A stretch of DNA of 64,000 bases from Patescibacteria group bacterium (GTDB lineage: Bacteria > Patescibacteriota > Patescibacteriia > UBA9570 > JAHJKD01), in the NCBI GenBank assembly GCA_043798935.1, contig JAZDOC010000019.1, positions 74,322-138,321 of the forward strand. Reading direction: 5' to 3'. The notes below the pieces were generated by a model. That model was not told the DNA's origin, ran no database searches, and saw only the letters and a program-made list of their open reading frames with translations. Made by a program: the position numbers and the translations under genes. Positions 10,502 to 21,059 of the stretch are shown here, piece by piece (positions within the stretch are counted from its first letter, which is position 1; every line of letters begins with the position of its first letter).

Positions 10502-13500
10502 ATGATTAAATTGAAAATCGATAAAATTTTTCAATTTGTATTGTTTATTGGACTATTTTTCTTTCCTTTAATTATTCAAGCTGAAAATATAAACAATATT
10601 CGAGATAAACTTGTTTACACCGATGGTCAGATTTTAATAAAATTTAAAAATTCCAGAATTCCATTAACCAGTAAAAAAGGATTGGCGCGTTTTAAAACGC
10701 TAATCAAAGTCAATAAACTAAATCCAATTAAATTATTACCAAAAAAAAATATTGCTCTTATTAAATCATTAGATAAAAATACTGAACAATTAATTAATGA
10801 GCTTAAAGATAATTCCAATATTCAATCAGTTCAACCGAACTATATTTACCACATTGAATCTCAAACCTCTCCTTGGGGAATAGGCTCCGATGGCACAAAT
10901 GCCACCTTGGCTAAAAGCACTAATCATGTAAGCGGTGCTGGTATTATTGTTGCCGTAATCGATACGGGTGTGAATTATAATCACGAAGATCTGGATCAAA
11001 ATATGTGGATCCCAGCCACAGGCAAATGTTTAATTAGTAGTGCGCTTATATCGTGTCCAAATCACGGCTGGGATTTCATTGATTCAAGCGATAATGATCC
11101 ATTCGATGATAACGGACATGGCACTCATGTAGCCGGAACCATTGCCGCCGAAGATAATGACCTTGGAGTGATTGGTGTAGCTCCTGATGCCCAAATTATG
11201 GCTCTAAAGGCTTTAGATGAAAACGGCTCGGGCTCGTCATCGGATATTATTGAAAGTATAAATTTCGCAGTTGATAATGGAGCTAATATAATAAATTTAA
11301 GTATTGGTGGTTATGAATACGCTTCTCTGGAAAACCAAGCCATAAGTGATGCTTGGGAAGCCGGTATTACAGTGGTTTCAGCGGCCGGTAACGATTCGGA
11401 AAATATCCCTTCATTTCCGGCAGCTTTTGAAAAATCCATTGCTGTTGGAGCTGTTATCGAAAATCAGACGGATAATAACCCGAGTGAAAACATGGATACT
11501 AAATTAGCCTATTTTTCCAATTATGGTTTTAACGATGTAGTTGCACCCGGACTTAAAATATTAAGCACTTTAAACGACGGAACGTATGGATATTATTCTG
11601 GAACATCCATGGCAACACCGCATATTAGCGGCGTCGTCGCGCTTATTAAGGAAGCTCATCCAAGCTTTACCCCCGATCAAATCAAAACAGTTTTAAAAGC
11701 TACAGCTACAGATTTAGGACAAACAGGCAGTGACCGCTATTTCGGTTCTGGTTTAGCCGATGCTTTATCAGCTACTGCATCTACGATTAGTAACCACATT
11801 ATATTAACCGCTGACTTTTCTGAAATTAATGAAGAAACTGGAGAAACCACTTCAAACACAAGCTCCATAGTAGCTGATGGTTTATCTACAACTAAAATTC
11901 GTGCAATTATTATTGATGAAAATGGAAATTTTGTTAATAATCAAACATTATCATTATCGGTTGATAATGGTTCTCTAAGTGCTTATTCAATTATAACCGA
12001 TGAGATTGGACAAGCTGAATTTACTTATACCTCTTCAACGCAATCTGGCGTAGCTACTGTATGGGTTGATGCCGGATCATACGGAACAAGCAGATTAAAA
12101 ATTACTCTAGCCAATATATTACTCGTATCTGATAGTGTTGAATATTACTATAATAATAATTTTTCCTGGTACTATGAAACCATGCTTAAAAATGCACAAG
12201 TTAAGTACTCACGCTGGGATACGGCTAATGGCGATAATGAAGATTTTCCAACACTCGATTATTTAGAGAAGTTTGATCTGGTAATTTGGTACACCGGCGA
12301 TCATTATATAGAAGAATACCCGCAAAATATTTTAATTTCATATTTAGAAAATAATGGGAAATTACTATTAACCGGTCCGGATCAGCTTTATCAAGGAAAA
12401 GACATAACAACATTGTATACTTTATTAAAGGCTCAATATGCCGGCGATTTTGCTAGCGACTTTTCTGAAATTAATGGAGTAAATCTTTTAGTAAATGAAA
12501 ATTATTTTCTGGGCTTAATTGATGATTATAATTTTTTTCCTGATTATATAAACATTCTTGACAGTGGAGAAGAAATTGCAACTTATAAAAGCGGAGAGAG
12601 TGCCGGTGTAATTTATGATGGCAACTACAAAACAATGTTCTTACCATTTGGAATCGAGTCTATTTATTATAGTGTTGATCGAGATTCTTTATGGTCTAAA
12701 ATATCTGCGTTTTTTATGCCAATTACCGGTTTAGTGTTAAATTCTAATAATCAAAATTCAGTTGAAATAAGCTGGGACCAATATAGTGATCAAGAAGTAT
12801 CAACATATTTAGTCAGCTACGGTACAGATTCTCTGGCCGAAAATCTAGGTGAATTAGAAAGTAATGAAACTTCGATAACTCTAAACAATCTTGAGGCTGA
12901 TACTGCTTATTATGTAAAAGTATCGGCAAATTTAGAAAGCGGAACTAACACTGGATATTCAAGCATTCTAAATTTTACCACTCGGCCGAATGCTCCCACT
13001 AATTTAAAAGTTGATTCCCGCCAAGTTAAAAATATAACTTTAAAATGGACTGCGCCGTCTGATAATATTTCATCGTATATAATCAGTTATGGTACGAATG
13101 TCGGTGCTGATAATATTAAAACCGTTACCTCAACAACCACCAGCAAAAAAATTTCGTCTTTAAAAAGTAATTTGGCATATTATTTTAAAATATCGTCTCT
13201 GCAAGACGAATTTACGACTGATTACAGTATTGTTAAAAAAATTCGAACTCTGCCGGCCAAAGTTAATAGTAAAAAAATTAAAATTAAAAAGAGAGAAACT
13301 AATCAAATAAAAATAAAATGGGAACCAGTAAGAGGCAAAAATTTACAATATGTGATAAGATTAATGACAGCTAAAGGAAAAAAGATTAAAATAATTAGAA
13401 CCACAAAACACACAAAATTAATCACCGGTCTTAAATCCAATAAATCATATAAAATTAAAATTCGAGCCAAGCATAAAACTAGCGGCTTACTAGGTAAATA

Positions 13501-13531
13501 TTCTAAAATAAAAAAAATTAAAACAATATAA
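10502..13531 (+). CDS. Secreted S8 subtilisin-family protease with Ig-like and fibronectin type III domains
   Basis: Signal peptide and propeptide; catalytic motifs VAVIDTG, HGTHVAG, SGTSMATPH; Big_1-like SIVADGLSTTKI; C-terminal FN3 repeats. Confidence 0.93.
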   Translation: MIKLKIDKIFQFVLFIGLFFFPLIIQAENINNIRDKLVYTDGQILIKFKNSRIPLTSKKGLARFKTLIKVNKLNPIKLLPKKNIALIKSLDKNTEQLINELKDNSNIQSVQPNYIYHIESQTSPWGIGSDGTNATLAKSTNHVSGAGIIVAVIDTGVNYNHEDLDQNMWIPATGKCLISSALISCPNHGWDFIDSSDNDPFDDNGHGTHVAGTIAAEDNDLGVIGVAPDAQIMALKALDENGSGSSSDIIESINFAVDNGANIINLSIGGYEYASLENQAISDAWEAGITVVSAAGNDSENIPSFPAAFEKSIAVGAVIENQTDNNPSENMDTKLAYFSNYGFNDVVAPGLKILSTLNDGTYGYYSGTSMATPHISGVVALIKEAHPSFTPDQIKTVLKATATDLGQTGSDRYFGSGLADALSATASTISNHIILTADFSEINEETGETTSNTSSIVADGLSTTKIRAIIIDENGNFVNNQTLSLSVDNGSLSAYSIITDEIGQAEFTYTSSTQSGVATVWVDAGSYGTSRLKITLANILLVSDSVEYYYNNNFSWYYETMLKNAQVKYSRWDTANGDNEDFPTLDYLEKFDLVIWYTGDHYIEEYPQNILISYLENNGKLLLTGPDQLYQGKDITTLYTLLKAQYAGDFASDFSEINGVNLLVNENYFLGLIDDYNFFPDYINILDSGEEIATYKSGESAGVIYDGNYKTMFLPFGIESIYYSVDRDSLWSKISAFFMPITGLVLNSNNQNSVEISWDQYSDQEVSTYLVSYGTDSLAENLGELESNETSITLNNLEADTAYYVKVSANLESGTNTGYSSILNFTTRPNAPTNLKVDSRQVKNITLKWTAPSDNISSYIISYGTNVGADNIKTVTSTTTSKKISSLKSNLAYYFKISSLQDEFTTDYSIVKKIRTLPAKVNSKKIKIKKRETNQIKIKWEPVRGKNLQYVIRLMTAKGKKIKIIRTTKHTKLITGLKSNKSYKIKIRAKHKTSGLLGKYSKIKKIKTI

Positions 13532-13533
13532 GT

Positions 13534-14454
13534 ATGGCCATAAAAATTATTAAATTCAACAATTTAAGATGGATTAATATCGATAATTTTGATGATGTGG
13601 CGGCAAAATTTTTGAAAAATAATTTTAAATTTCATCATCTGGATATCCAAGATTGTGCCCAAGATAACCCTCATCCTAAAGTTGATATGTATAAAAAATA
13701 TTTATTTGCCGTGTTTAATTTTCCAGAACTCGGCGCCGATAATATACGTATTGATTCTAATGAACTCGATGTTTTCATCGGTGAAAATTTTTTAGTCACG
13801 ATTCAAAAGAAAAAATTCAAATTTTTAAAAACTATATTTTACCGATGTGTCCGGAGCTCTAATATTAAAGAAGAATTTTTCAATTCATCTTCAGGTTTTT
13901 TATTGTATAAAATATTACATAATCTATATGGATCAACCACGGCCATAAATAATTATTTTAGTACGCAAATATCTGAACTGGAAAAAACTATTTATGATAA
14001 ATATCCCGAGAATACCACGGTTACTAAATTAGCCGGCGTGAGGCGAGATATATTAAAAGCCATCAGTATTTTAGAACCGCAACGTTATACCATAAATACT
14101 TTAGTCCATGCTCGCCAAAATTTTCTTCCCGAAGAGTTAAATATATATTTTGATGATGTTCATGATTTAATAGAAAGCGTGTGGATCATTCTAAAAAATT
14201 ATGATGACATTATTTCCGGTTTGCAGACCACGACTGAATCATTAATATCAAATAAAACTAATGAAGTGGTTAAAATTCTAACCACAATTTCTGTAGCTTT
14301 AATGCCTCTTACGCTATTATCAGGAATATACGGTATGAATATCGATTTATTGCCCGGAGCCCATAAACCATTGTTTGTTTGGCTAATTTTTATCGTTTTA
14401 TCAACTATTACTCTTTCTACTTTATTATATTTAAGAAAAAAGAATTGGCTTTGA
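13534..14454 (+). CDS. corA: CorA-family Mg2+ transporter
   Basis: GIYGMN signature and two C-terminal TM helices. Confidence 0.9.
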   Translation: MAIKIIKFNNLRWINIDNFDDVAAKFLKNNFKFHHLDIQDCAQDNPHPKVDMYKKYLFAVFNFPELGADNIRIDSNELDVFIGENFLVTIQKKKFKFLKTIFYRCVRSSNIKEEFFNSSSGFLLYKILHNLYGSTTAINNYFSTQISELEKTIYDKYPENTTVTKLAGVRRDILKAISILEPQRYTINTLVHARQNFLPEELNIYFDDVHDLIESVWIILKNYDDIISGLQTTTESLISNKTNEVVKILTTISVALMPLTLLSGIYGMNIDLLPGAHKPLFVWLIFIVLSTITLSTLLYLRKKNWL

Positions 14455-14478
14455 TTTTTTTAAATTTTCTGCTAAAAT
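14451..14478 (+). promoter_or_regulatory. Sigma70-type promoter
   Basis: TTGATT-16 nt-TAAAAT with TGn extension. Confidence 0.5.
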
Positions 14479-14511
14479 ATAACAAGTCTAATAAATAATA
14501 TTAATACAATT

Positions 14512-15057
14512 ATGTTCAAAAAAGCTCTATTTTTAACACTAATCATGGTTTTCGTGTTTGTATTGTCGGGTTGTGATTTCAACTCATCTAATGCCAACAA
14601 TAATGAAAACTCCAATAAAACCGCTGTATCTTCTCAGGATGAAGATATAATTGATGATACTGACATCGAAACCGAGGAGCTAACAGCTATGCCCACTGAA
14701 GATGTTTATGGTGAAGATATGACTAGCATTGATCGTTATCCTGAATCAAAAAGAACATATTATGTAAAAGATGATTATGAAACAGATATAACATATATAA
14801 CTTCAGATTCAGAAACAAAAGTGCGAGATTATTTCTTAGATTTACTTAAAAAAGATAGTTGGGAAAATACCGGAGTAGCCACAGATTATTTAGATTTTGA
14901 AAAAGGTGATACTGATAATCCGGAAATGCTAACCATTTATTTTACCCCTTATGAAAACAGCGATTTATTAGAATATGAAATGGTTTATTCACCACCTTTA
15001 ACCGAAGAAGAATTAGCTGATCTTAATGATGAAGATATTGTAGATACTGAAGAATAA
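14512..15057 (+). CDS. Very acidic lipoprotein of unknown function
   Basis: Lipobox LSGC; D/E-rich. Confidence 0.75.
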   Translation: MFKKALFLTLIMVFVFVLSGCDFNSSNANNNENSNKTAVSSQDEDIIDDTDIETEELTAMPTEDVYGEDMTSIDRYPESKRTYYVKDDYETDITYITSDSETKVRDYFLDLLKKDSWENTGVATDYLDFEKGDTDNPEMLTIYFTPYENSDLLEYEMVYSPPLTEEELADLNDEDIVDTEE

Positions 15058-15065
15058 TATTTAAA

Positions 15066-16217
15066 ATGCGAGAAAAAAGTAATATTCTAGGCGCAGTAGC
15101 AATATTAGTAGGCACTTGTATCGGTGCGGGTATTTTTGGCTTGCCATATGTTATTAGCAAAGTCGGTATCGGTATCGGTGCTGTTTACATGTTTATTATG
15201 GGTATAATTGTAATGTTTACAACTTTAGCTTATGGCGAAGTTGTACTACGTACTAAAGGCACTCATCAATTTCCGCAATATGTAAATATTTATCTTGGTC
15301 CACGTTGGAAGCAAGTAGCTGTAATTTCAATTTTTACGGGTTTTTATGGAGCGTTAATCGCATATTTAACCGAATGCGGTATTTTTCTGCACTCGATATT
15401 TAACCCTTACTTTGGCGGTAATCTGTTAATCTATCAAATGATTTATTTTTTGATTGTTACAATTGCAGTTTGGTTCGGTTTAGGTATCATTGAAAAAATG
15501 GAAAAAGTAATGTTCTTTGCAATAATCATTATTATTTTGTTATTAGTATTTTTTGGAGCACATTACATAGAAATTGATAATTTGCAAACCGTGAATTTCT
15601 CCCAAATATTGATTCCATACGGAGTAATATTATTCGCTTTTACTGCTGCGTCAGCCGTTCCTAACATGAAAGACGTTTTATTAAAAAACAAAAAAGATCT
15701 AAAAAAAAGTATCATTATTGGTTCGTTAATTCCTCTTGTTATATATTTAATTTTCACCATTTTCGTTGTTGGCATTTCCGGATCCAATACGTCGGAAAGT
15801 GCTATTTCTGGTTTAGAGCCATATTTAGGATCATCCATTACATTAGTTGGTGCCATCTTTGGAATTCTTACCATGACAACATCCTTTTTAGCGCTAGGTT
15901 TAGTTTTAAAAGATGTCTATGTTTATGATTTTAAATTAAATAAAACTTTAGCATGTATTTTAGTACTATTGCCGGTACTAATAATTGTAATGGGGAAATT
16001 TTTAACTTTTATTGAAATTATCGGTATATCCGGAGCACTAATTGGCGGGATAAATGGTATTATTATGGTCCACATGTTTAATCGAGCCAAAACCATGAGT
16101 CAAAAAAAACCAGAATATACTATAAATATTCCAGGTTTTTTTATTTATATTATGTATTTAGTGTTTATTGGCGGTATGATTTATGAAATCTATACGGTTC
16201 TAAATAAGTATTTATAG
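15066..16217 (+). CDS. Amino acid permease (HAAAP/aromatic amino acid transporter-like)
   Basis: GTCIGAGIFGLPY; about 11 TM helices; TTSFL. Confidence 0.88.
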   Translation: MREKSNILGAVAILVGTCIGAGIFGLPYVISKVGIGIGAVYMFIMGIIVMFTTLAYGEVVLRTKGTHQFPQYVNIYLGPRWKQVAVISIFTGFYGALIAYLTECGIFLHSIFNPYFGGNLLIYQMIYFLIVTIAVWFGLGIIEKMEKVMFFAIIIIILLLVFFGAHYIEIDNLQTVNFSQILIPYGVILFAFTAASAVPNMKDVLLKNKKDLKKSIIIGSLIPLVIYLIFTIFVVGISGSNTSESAISGLEPYLGSSITLVGAIFGILTMTTSFLALGLVLKDVYVYDFKLNKTLACILVLLPVLIIVMGKFLTFIEIIGISGALIGGINGIIMVHMFNRAKTMSQKKPEYTINIPGFFIYIMYLVFIGGMIYEIYTVLNKYL

Positions 16218-16220
16218 TTT

Positions 16221-17705
16221 ATGCATTTATCTGATTACCAAAAGTATCGCATTTTAGAAATTTTACCGGGTTTTACAGTGTGGTTTACGCTGATTGCAGT
16301 TTTTGTTTTGTCATTTATTGAACCATTACTCATGATTTATTTTATTATTGCTTTTGATCTGTATTGGTTGATGCGAGTTTTTTATTTTATTTCTTATTTG
16401 GGTTATTCATGGTATCGCTATCGCAAGGAAGATAAAATAAATTGGTTAAATAAAGTTAAGACTATAAATAACTGGGAAAACATTTATCATTTAATTTTTT
16501 TACCAACATATGGTGATGATGTAAGTATTTTGGAAACAACCTTTGCAGCCTTAGTTAAAAGTGATTATCCATTACAGAAATTTATTATTATTTTAGCCGG
16601 TGAAGAACGCGAAGGCCAAGCTTTCAATAATCGCGCTAAAAAAATTCAGGAAAAATACAGTTCATATTTTTATAAGTTCATAATTACAATCCACCCTAAA
16701 AATCAATTTGGCGAAGTTGCTGGCAAAGGATCAAATATTAATTATGCCGGTCATTTAGCACAAAATTATATTGATAGTTTAAAAATAAAATATGAAAATG
16801 TTATAGTATCCGCATTTGATATCGACACTTGTGTCAGCCGACAATATTTTAGTTATTTAACTTACAAATATTTAACTCACCCAAACCCCACTCATGCCAG
16901 TTATCAACCGCTGGCTTTATACAACAATAATGTTTGGGAATCACCTTCATTTACAAGAGTAGTTGCAAACTCAACAACTTTTTGGTTAATGACCGATCTT
17001 GCTCGACCCGAACGTTTATTTACTTTTTCTTCCCATAGCATGAGCTTTAAAACATTAGTTGATGTTGGTTTTTGGCAGAACGATATCGTAACCGAAGATT
17101 CCAGAATATTTTTACAATGTTTTATCCATTATGACGGTGATTATCAAACCGTGCCCATGTTTGTAACCGTTTCAATGGATACAGCCTATAGCGGTGATTT
17201 ATGGGGTACAATAAAAAATCAATACAAACAAATTCGACGCTGGGCGTGGGGAGTGGAGCATTTTCCGTTTATGTTCTGGCATTTTATTAAAGCCAAAAAA
17301 ATACCGTGGTCTAAAAAAATGAAATACATGTTTAATTTAACTGAAGGAATGTATTCGTGGGCGACTGCACCACTTTTAATTTTAATTCTAGGTCGATTGC
17401 CTTTATGGGTTTCAGCTCAGCAAGAAAAATCCGGCATCATTACGCAAACAGCGCCTCACATATTACAATGGTTAATGACAGCTGCTATGCTAGGAATTTT
17501 AGCATCGGCTATTATGAATGTTTACTTTCTTCCTAAACCGCCAAAAAAATATAAAAGCTATAAAATTTTAATCATGCTTTTACAATGGATATTACTACCA
17601 ATCACTATAATTATTTTTGGTTCCATACCAGCGATTGATGCTCAAACACGCCTTATGTTAGGCAAATATTTAGGCTTTTATACTACTAAAAAACTTAGGA
17701 AGTGA
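16221..17705 (+). CDS. Membrane GT2-family (processive-type) glycosyltransferase
   Basis: DID, TED and QIRRW motifs; TM helices on both sides. Confidence 0.88.
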   Translation: MHLSDYQKYRILEILPGFTVWFTLIAVFVLSFIEPLLMIYFIIAFDLYWLMRVFYFISYLGYSWYRYRKEDKINWLNKVKTINNWENIYHLIFLPTYGDDVSILETTFAALVKSDYPLQKFIIILAGEEREGQAFNNRAKKIQEKYSSYFYKFIITIHPKNQFGEVAGKGSNINYAGHLAQNYIDSLKIKYENVIVSAFDIDTCVSRQYFSYLTYKYLTHPNPTHASYQPLALYNNNVWESPSFTRVVANSTTFWLMTDLARPERLFTFSSHSMSFKTLVDVGFWQNDIVTEDSRIFLQCFIHYDGDYQTVPMFVTVSMDTAYSGDLWGTIKNQYKQIRRWAWGVEHFPFMFWHFIKAKKIPWSKKMKYMFNLTEGMYSWATAPLLILILGRLPLWVSAQQEKSGIITQTAPHILQWLMTAAMLGILASAIMNVYFLPKPPKKYKSYKILIMLLQWILLPITIIIFGSIPAIDAQTRLMLGKYLGFYTTKKLRK

Positions 17706-18539
17706 TTTCTCATACCCACATTTAAAATCATCCCAAGACATTTCCTTTTTACCCTCAGGTTGAATAATGTCTATTTTTAAAATATTATTTTGAATATGCG
17801 CTTTTTTTATTTTGAAACGTTTGTCATTGTATATAAAATATATACCAGGCCATTCTTTGTAAGCTCTTAATTTATTTATAATTGAAACTGACTTATCGTT
17901 GAATAAATCAATGCGGCCATCTTGTTTCTTTATTATTTTACATATAGAAGCATCTTTTTGGTTTTGTGGTTTTGGCAAAATTTTGCGTTCACAATATAGC
18001 TCAATATTATCTAATAATATTTTTACTCCCATTTCAGCTAATTGCTGATGCAAAGAAGTGTAGTTGTCATCAGCCGATATATTGATCTTTTTTTGTGAAA
18101 TAATCGGACCGGCGTCCATTTTTTTATCGAGAAGCATTAAAGATACACCAGTTTCAAAATCATCATTCGCTAAAGCGCTCTGAATAGGGGACGGACCGCG
18201 GTATTTGGGTAATAATGATGGGTGAATATTTAATATACCAAATGGAAATAAATTTAAAATATCTGATTTTAAAATTTGTCCATAAGAAACCAAGATACCT
18301 AAATCTGCCTGATAATCTCTAAAATCACTAATTTTAAGTTTAGATGGTTGAATTAATGACAGATTATTATTTATTGCTATATTCTTTATAGGTGAGGCAA
18401 CTAATTCTTGTTTCCGTCCCTGTGGTTTATCGGGCTGAGTTACAACTAAACAAATATCGGCATTATTATTTATTAATGCTTCTAAAAAGGGAACTGCAAA
18501 TTCAGACGTTCCAAAAAAAATAATTTTTTTATTTATCAT
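17670..18539 (-). CDS. fmt: Methionyl-tRNA formyltransferase
   Basis: IIFFGTSEFA, TQPDKPQGR, NIHPSLLPKYRGPSPIQ, MDAGPI; start placed at MINKK (18539). Confidence 0.96.
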   Translation of the reverse strand: MINKKIIFFGTSEFAVPFLEALINNNADICLVVTQPDKPQGRKQELVASPIKNIAINNNLSLIQPSKLKISDFRDYQADLGILVSYGQILKSDILNLFPFGILNIHPSLLPKYRGPSPIQSALANDDFETGVSLMLLDKKMDAGPIISQKKINISADDNYTSLHQQLAEMGVKILLDNIELYCERKILPKPQNQKDASICKIIKKQDGRIDLFNDKSVSIINKLRAYKEWPGIYFIYNDKRFKIKKAHIQNNILKIDIIQPEGKKEMSWDDFKCGYEKSLPKFFSSIKA

Positions 18540-18993
18540 TATCTTGAGCTTTATCAATAAAAAGAATTCCGTGTAAATGATCGATCTCATGTTGTAAAAC
18601 CCGTGCTAAAAAACCTTTGGCTTTAATATGAATTTTTTCGCCATTTTTATCTAGTGCTTTAATTCGAATTTTTTCTGCACGTTCTACATTTTTAAAAATA
18701 CCCGGTAAAGATAAGCAGCCTTCCTCCATAACCACAGTTTTTAAACTTAAATCAGTAATACGAGGATTAAATAAAACTAAATGGTCAGATAATTTATCGG
18801 CTTCTTTGCTAATAACGATTAATTGAATATTAGAGCCAACTTGAGGAGCGGCTAAACCAACGCCATCTTTTATAAGCATGGTTTCTGTCATATCCAAAAC
18901 CATTTGCTGATATTTCACAACATCATTTTTATTAACTTTATCTGATATTTTTCGTAAAATCGGATTTGGATTTTTAATTATATCTAATATCAT
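18529..18993 (-). CDS. def: Peptide deformylase
   Basis: GVGLAAPQ, EGCLS, QHEIDHLHG. Confidence 0.98.
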   Translation of the reverse strand: MILDIIKNPNPILRKISDKVNKNDVVKYQQMVLDMTETMLIKDGVGLAAPQVGSNIQLIVISKEADKLSDHLVLFNPRITDLSLKTVVMEEGCLSLPGIFKNVERAEKIRIKALDKNGEKIHIKAKGFLARVLQHEIDHLHGILFIDKAQDNDK

Positions 18994-19027
18994 ATTTAAG
19001 TAATTCTATTAAAAATAATTATAAAAG

Positions 19028-20515
19028 TCAATTATTTGTTTCTTTGAAAAATTGTTTAACTCTAATTTCTTGTTTAAAAAAATTTTCATAATTATTAGCA
19101 ACAGCCCATTGAATAATTTGATTATCAGGTGAATTGGTTTGAATAATTAATTTTATATTTGTGTTGACCAGTTTTCTAATTAACTGAAAAACACGTTCCG
19201 ACGCTAATTCATCAGCTGCAGCTAACTGATGATCTACTGATAAAATGCTGATTAAGTCAAATTTAATCTGATGTAAAAATTTTAAAACAAATTCGGTTCC
19301 CAAGCAAATATCGCAATCATTAATTTCTTGAATATTAAATTCGGTTTCTTTAGTTAATTCAATTATCTTTTTGTATGGAAATAATTTAATTAAATCTTGC
19401 TTTAATTTAGTTGTTCCAAAAACAATTTTTTTTAAATTTAAACTTTGACAACGCGGACAATGCAAAATAGTTGTTGAGGAAATAATCTCGCGGCAGTTTT
19501 GACATACAAGTAATTTTGCATACCCTTTGCGATTAAAAATCAACAACGATTTTTTACTAACATTTAAACTTTCAATTAAAGTATTAGAAAAAAATGAATA
19601 ATTCCCACCGATCTTTTCATTCTGCATATCCACAACTAGGCTCTGACTAGGTCTATTTCTGAACAATTTAATATTACGAAATTTATCATAAGAAGAAATT
19701 AGTGGCGCCTGGGATGTTAAGAGTATTTTATTTTTTAACTGCTCAGCAATTTCCAGCACATGATATTTAGGATTTTGATCGAAATTTTTATGAGACATAT
19801 CTTCTTCGTCATCGATAACTATCAATTTTAAATTCGAATATGGCAAAAAAATTGCATTTTTAGTGCCAATAATTAATTTAGTTTCCCCAGTCTTAATTTT
19901 TTGCCAAACTTGCCAATTTTCACTTTTCGATAGACCACTGCGATAAACAATTGGTGAAAACTTGTAAAAAACCGAAGCTAAATTATACGCTTGTTGAGTT
20001 TGTGGAACCACAATTAAAACTTGATTTTTGTTGTCGATCAGTCCTCTTAAAACAGCATTTTTTTCCGATTCATTATTATAATGCAACAAAATTGGTAATT
20101 TGCTACACTTTATTTTTTGAATTGCCATTTTAACATCACTAATTCTATTTTTACTAATTGTCTCAATTTTGGGATTAAATCTATTTGGCGTAAATGTACT
20201 TTTTTTGACTGGAATTTCCGGTAATAAAATTTTTACAGCCAAAGAAAGTGAAATATTATATTTTACAGCTAACCAATCGATTAAAATCATCTGCTCTTTA
20301 TTCAAACGCAAACGATCTTCCACTGCAATTATTTCTTTAACTTTTTTATAAGGACAAGTTTTTTTTATTTTGTAGACAACGCCAATTTTTTTGGAATTTC
20401 TAAAATTAATATATACCACATCGCCAATATTTAAATGCATGCTATCTGGAATTTTATAATCAAAACAACCAAATTTAGGAATGGTTCTGATTTTTGGAAT
20501 TATTTCAGCGTACAT
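19028..20515 (-). CDS. priA: Primosomal protein N' (PriA), shortened with degenerate helicase motifs
   Basis: N-terminal 3'-DNA-binding-like region (FDYKIP), IIGTKNAIFLP, NRKGYA-CQNC, GTTKL, IIQT; priA-def-fmt synteny. Confidence 0.82.
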   Translation of the reverse strand: MYAEIIPKIRTIPKFGCFDYKIPDSMHLNIGDVVYINFRNSKKIGVVYKIKKTCPYKKVKEIIAVEDRLRLNKEQMILIDWLAVKYNISLSLAVKILLPEIPVKKSTFTPNRFNPKIETISKNRISDVKMAIQKIKCSKLPILLHYNNESEKNAVLRGLIDNKNQVLIVVPQTQQAYNLASVFYKFSPIVYRSGLSKSENWQVWQKIKTGETKLIIGTKNAIFLPYSNLKLIVIDDEEDMSHKNFDQNPKYHVLEIAEQLKNKILLTSQAPLISSYDKFRNIKLFRNRPSQSLVVDMQNEKIGGNYSFFSNTLIESLNVSKKSLLIFNRKGYAKLLVCQNCREIISSTTILHCPRCQSLNLKKIVFGTTKLKQDLIKLFPYKKIIELTKETEFNIQEINDCDICLGTEFVLKFLHQIKFDLISILSVDHQLAAADELASERVFQLIRKLVNTNIKLIIQTNSPDNQIIQWAVANNYENFFKQEIRVKQFFKETNN

Positions 20516-20520
20516 AAATA

Positions 20521-21057
20521 TTATTCAGTATATCTCTTTACTAAAAATCGATATAAAGCTATTTGTTCTTTTTGCAGATTAATATATCCTTTTTGGGCAG
20601 TAATTTCTAATTGTTGGTCAACGGTATCAACTCCATCAAGCAAGGGGAGTAACAATGCAGATTTACGATTGTCTGGTGTTTGCATAAATATTCCATATTT
20701 CTTAGGATTTAATTTCTTAATATCCATAACTTGTTCTAATTCTCCTAAAACATCTACCGAAATATTTATATTACTTAATTCTGTTTGTTTTAAAGGTAAA
20801 AAACGCGGATCATAAAAAGCAGCCGAAACTGCATTATGAATTATTTCCAAAGCAACGCAAGACATTACCGGTTTGAATGTTCCGATACATCCCTGTAAAT
20901 CATGGTTAATATTATTATGCAAAGAAACAAAAACGCCAGCTTGTTTAGTCTTTAATTTACTTGGTACATCTTGCAAAGAAGACAAGGTCTTTTTATTCAC
21001 CAAATAATATTCAATGCTTTGACGCGCCAATTTGCAATAATCTAATTTTTTTTTCAT
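20521..21057 (-). CDS. amrA: AmmeMemoRadiSam system protein A (AMMECR1 domain)
   Basis: GVFVSL, LQGCIGT, AAFYDPRF, LLLP. Confidence 0.92.
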   Translation of the reverse strand: MKKKLDYCKLARQSIEYYLVNKKTLSSLQDVPSKLKTKQAGVFVSLHNNINHDLQGCIGTFKPVMSCVALEIIHNAVSAAFYDPRFLPLKQTELSNINISVDVLGELEQVMDIKKLNPKKYGIFMQTPDNRKSALLLPLLDGVDTVDQQLEITAQKGYINLQKEQIALYRFLVKRYTE

Positions 21058-21059
21058 GG

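Noticed and set aside
17670-17705. 36-bp convergent overlap of the GT2 gene and fmt
   Set aside because: Short 3' overlaps are common in compact genomes; no sign of a regulatory role
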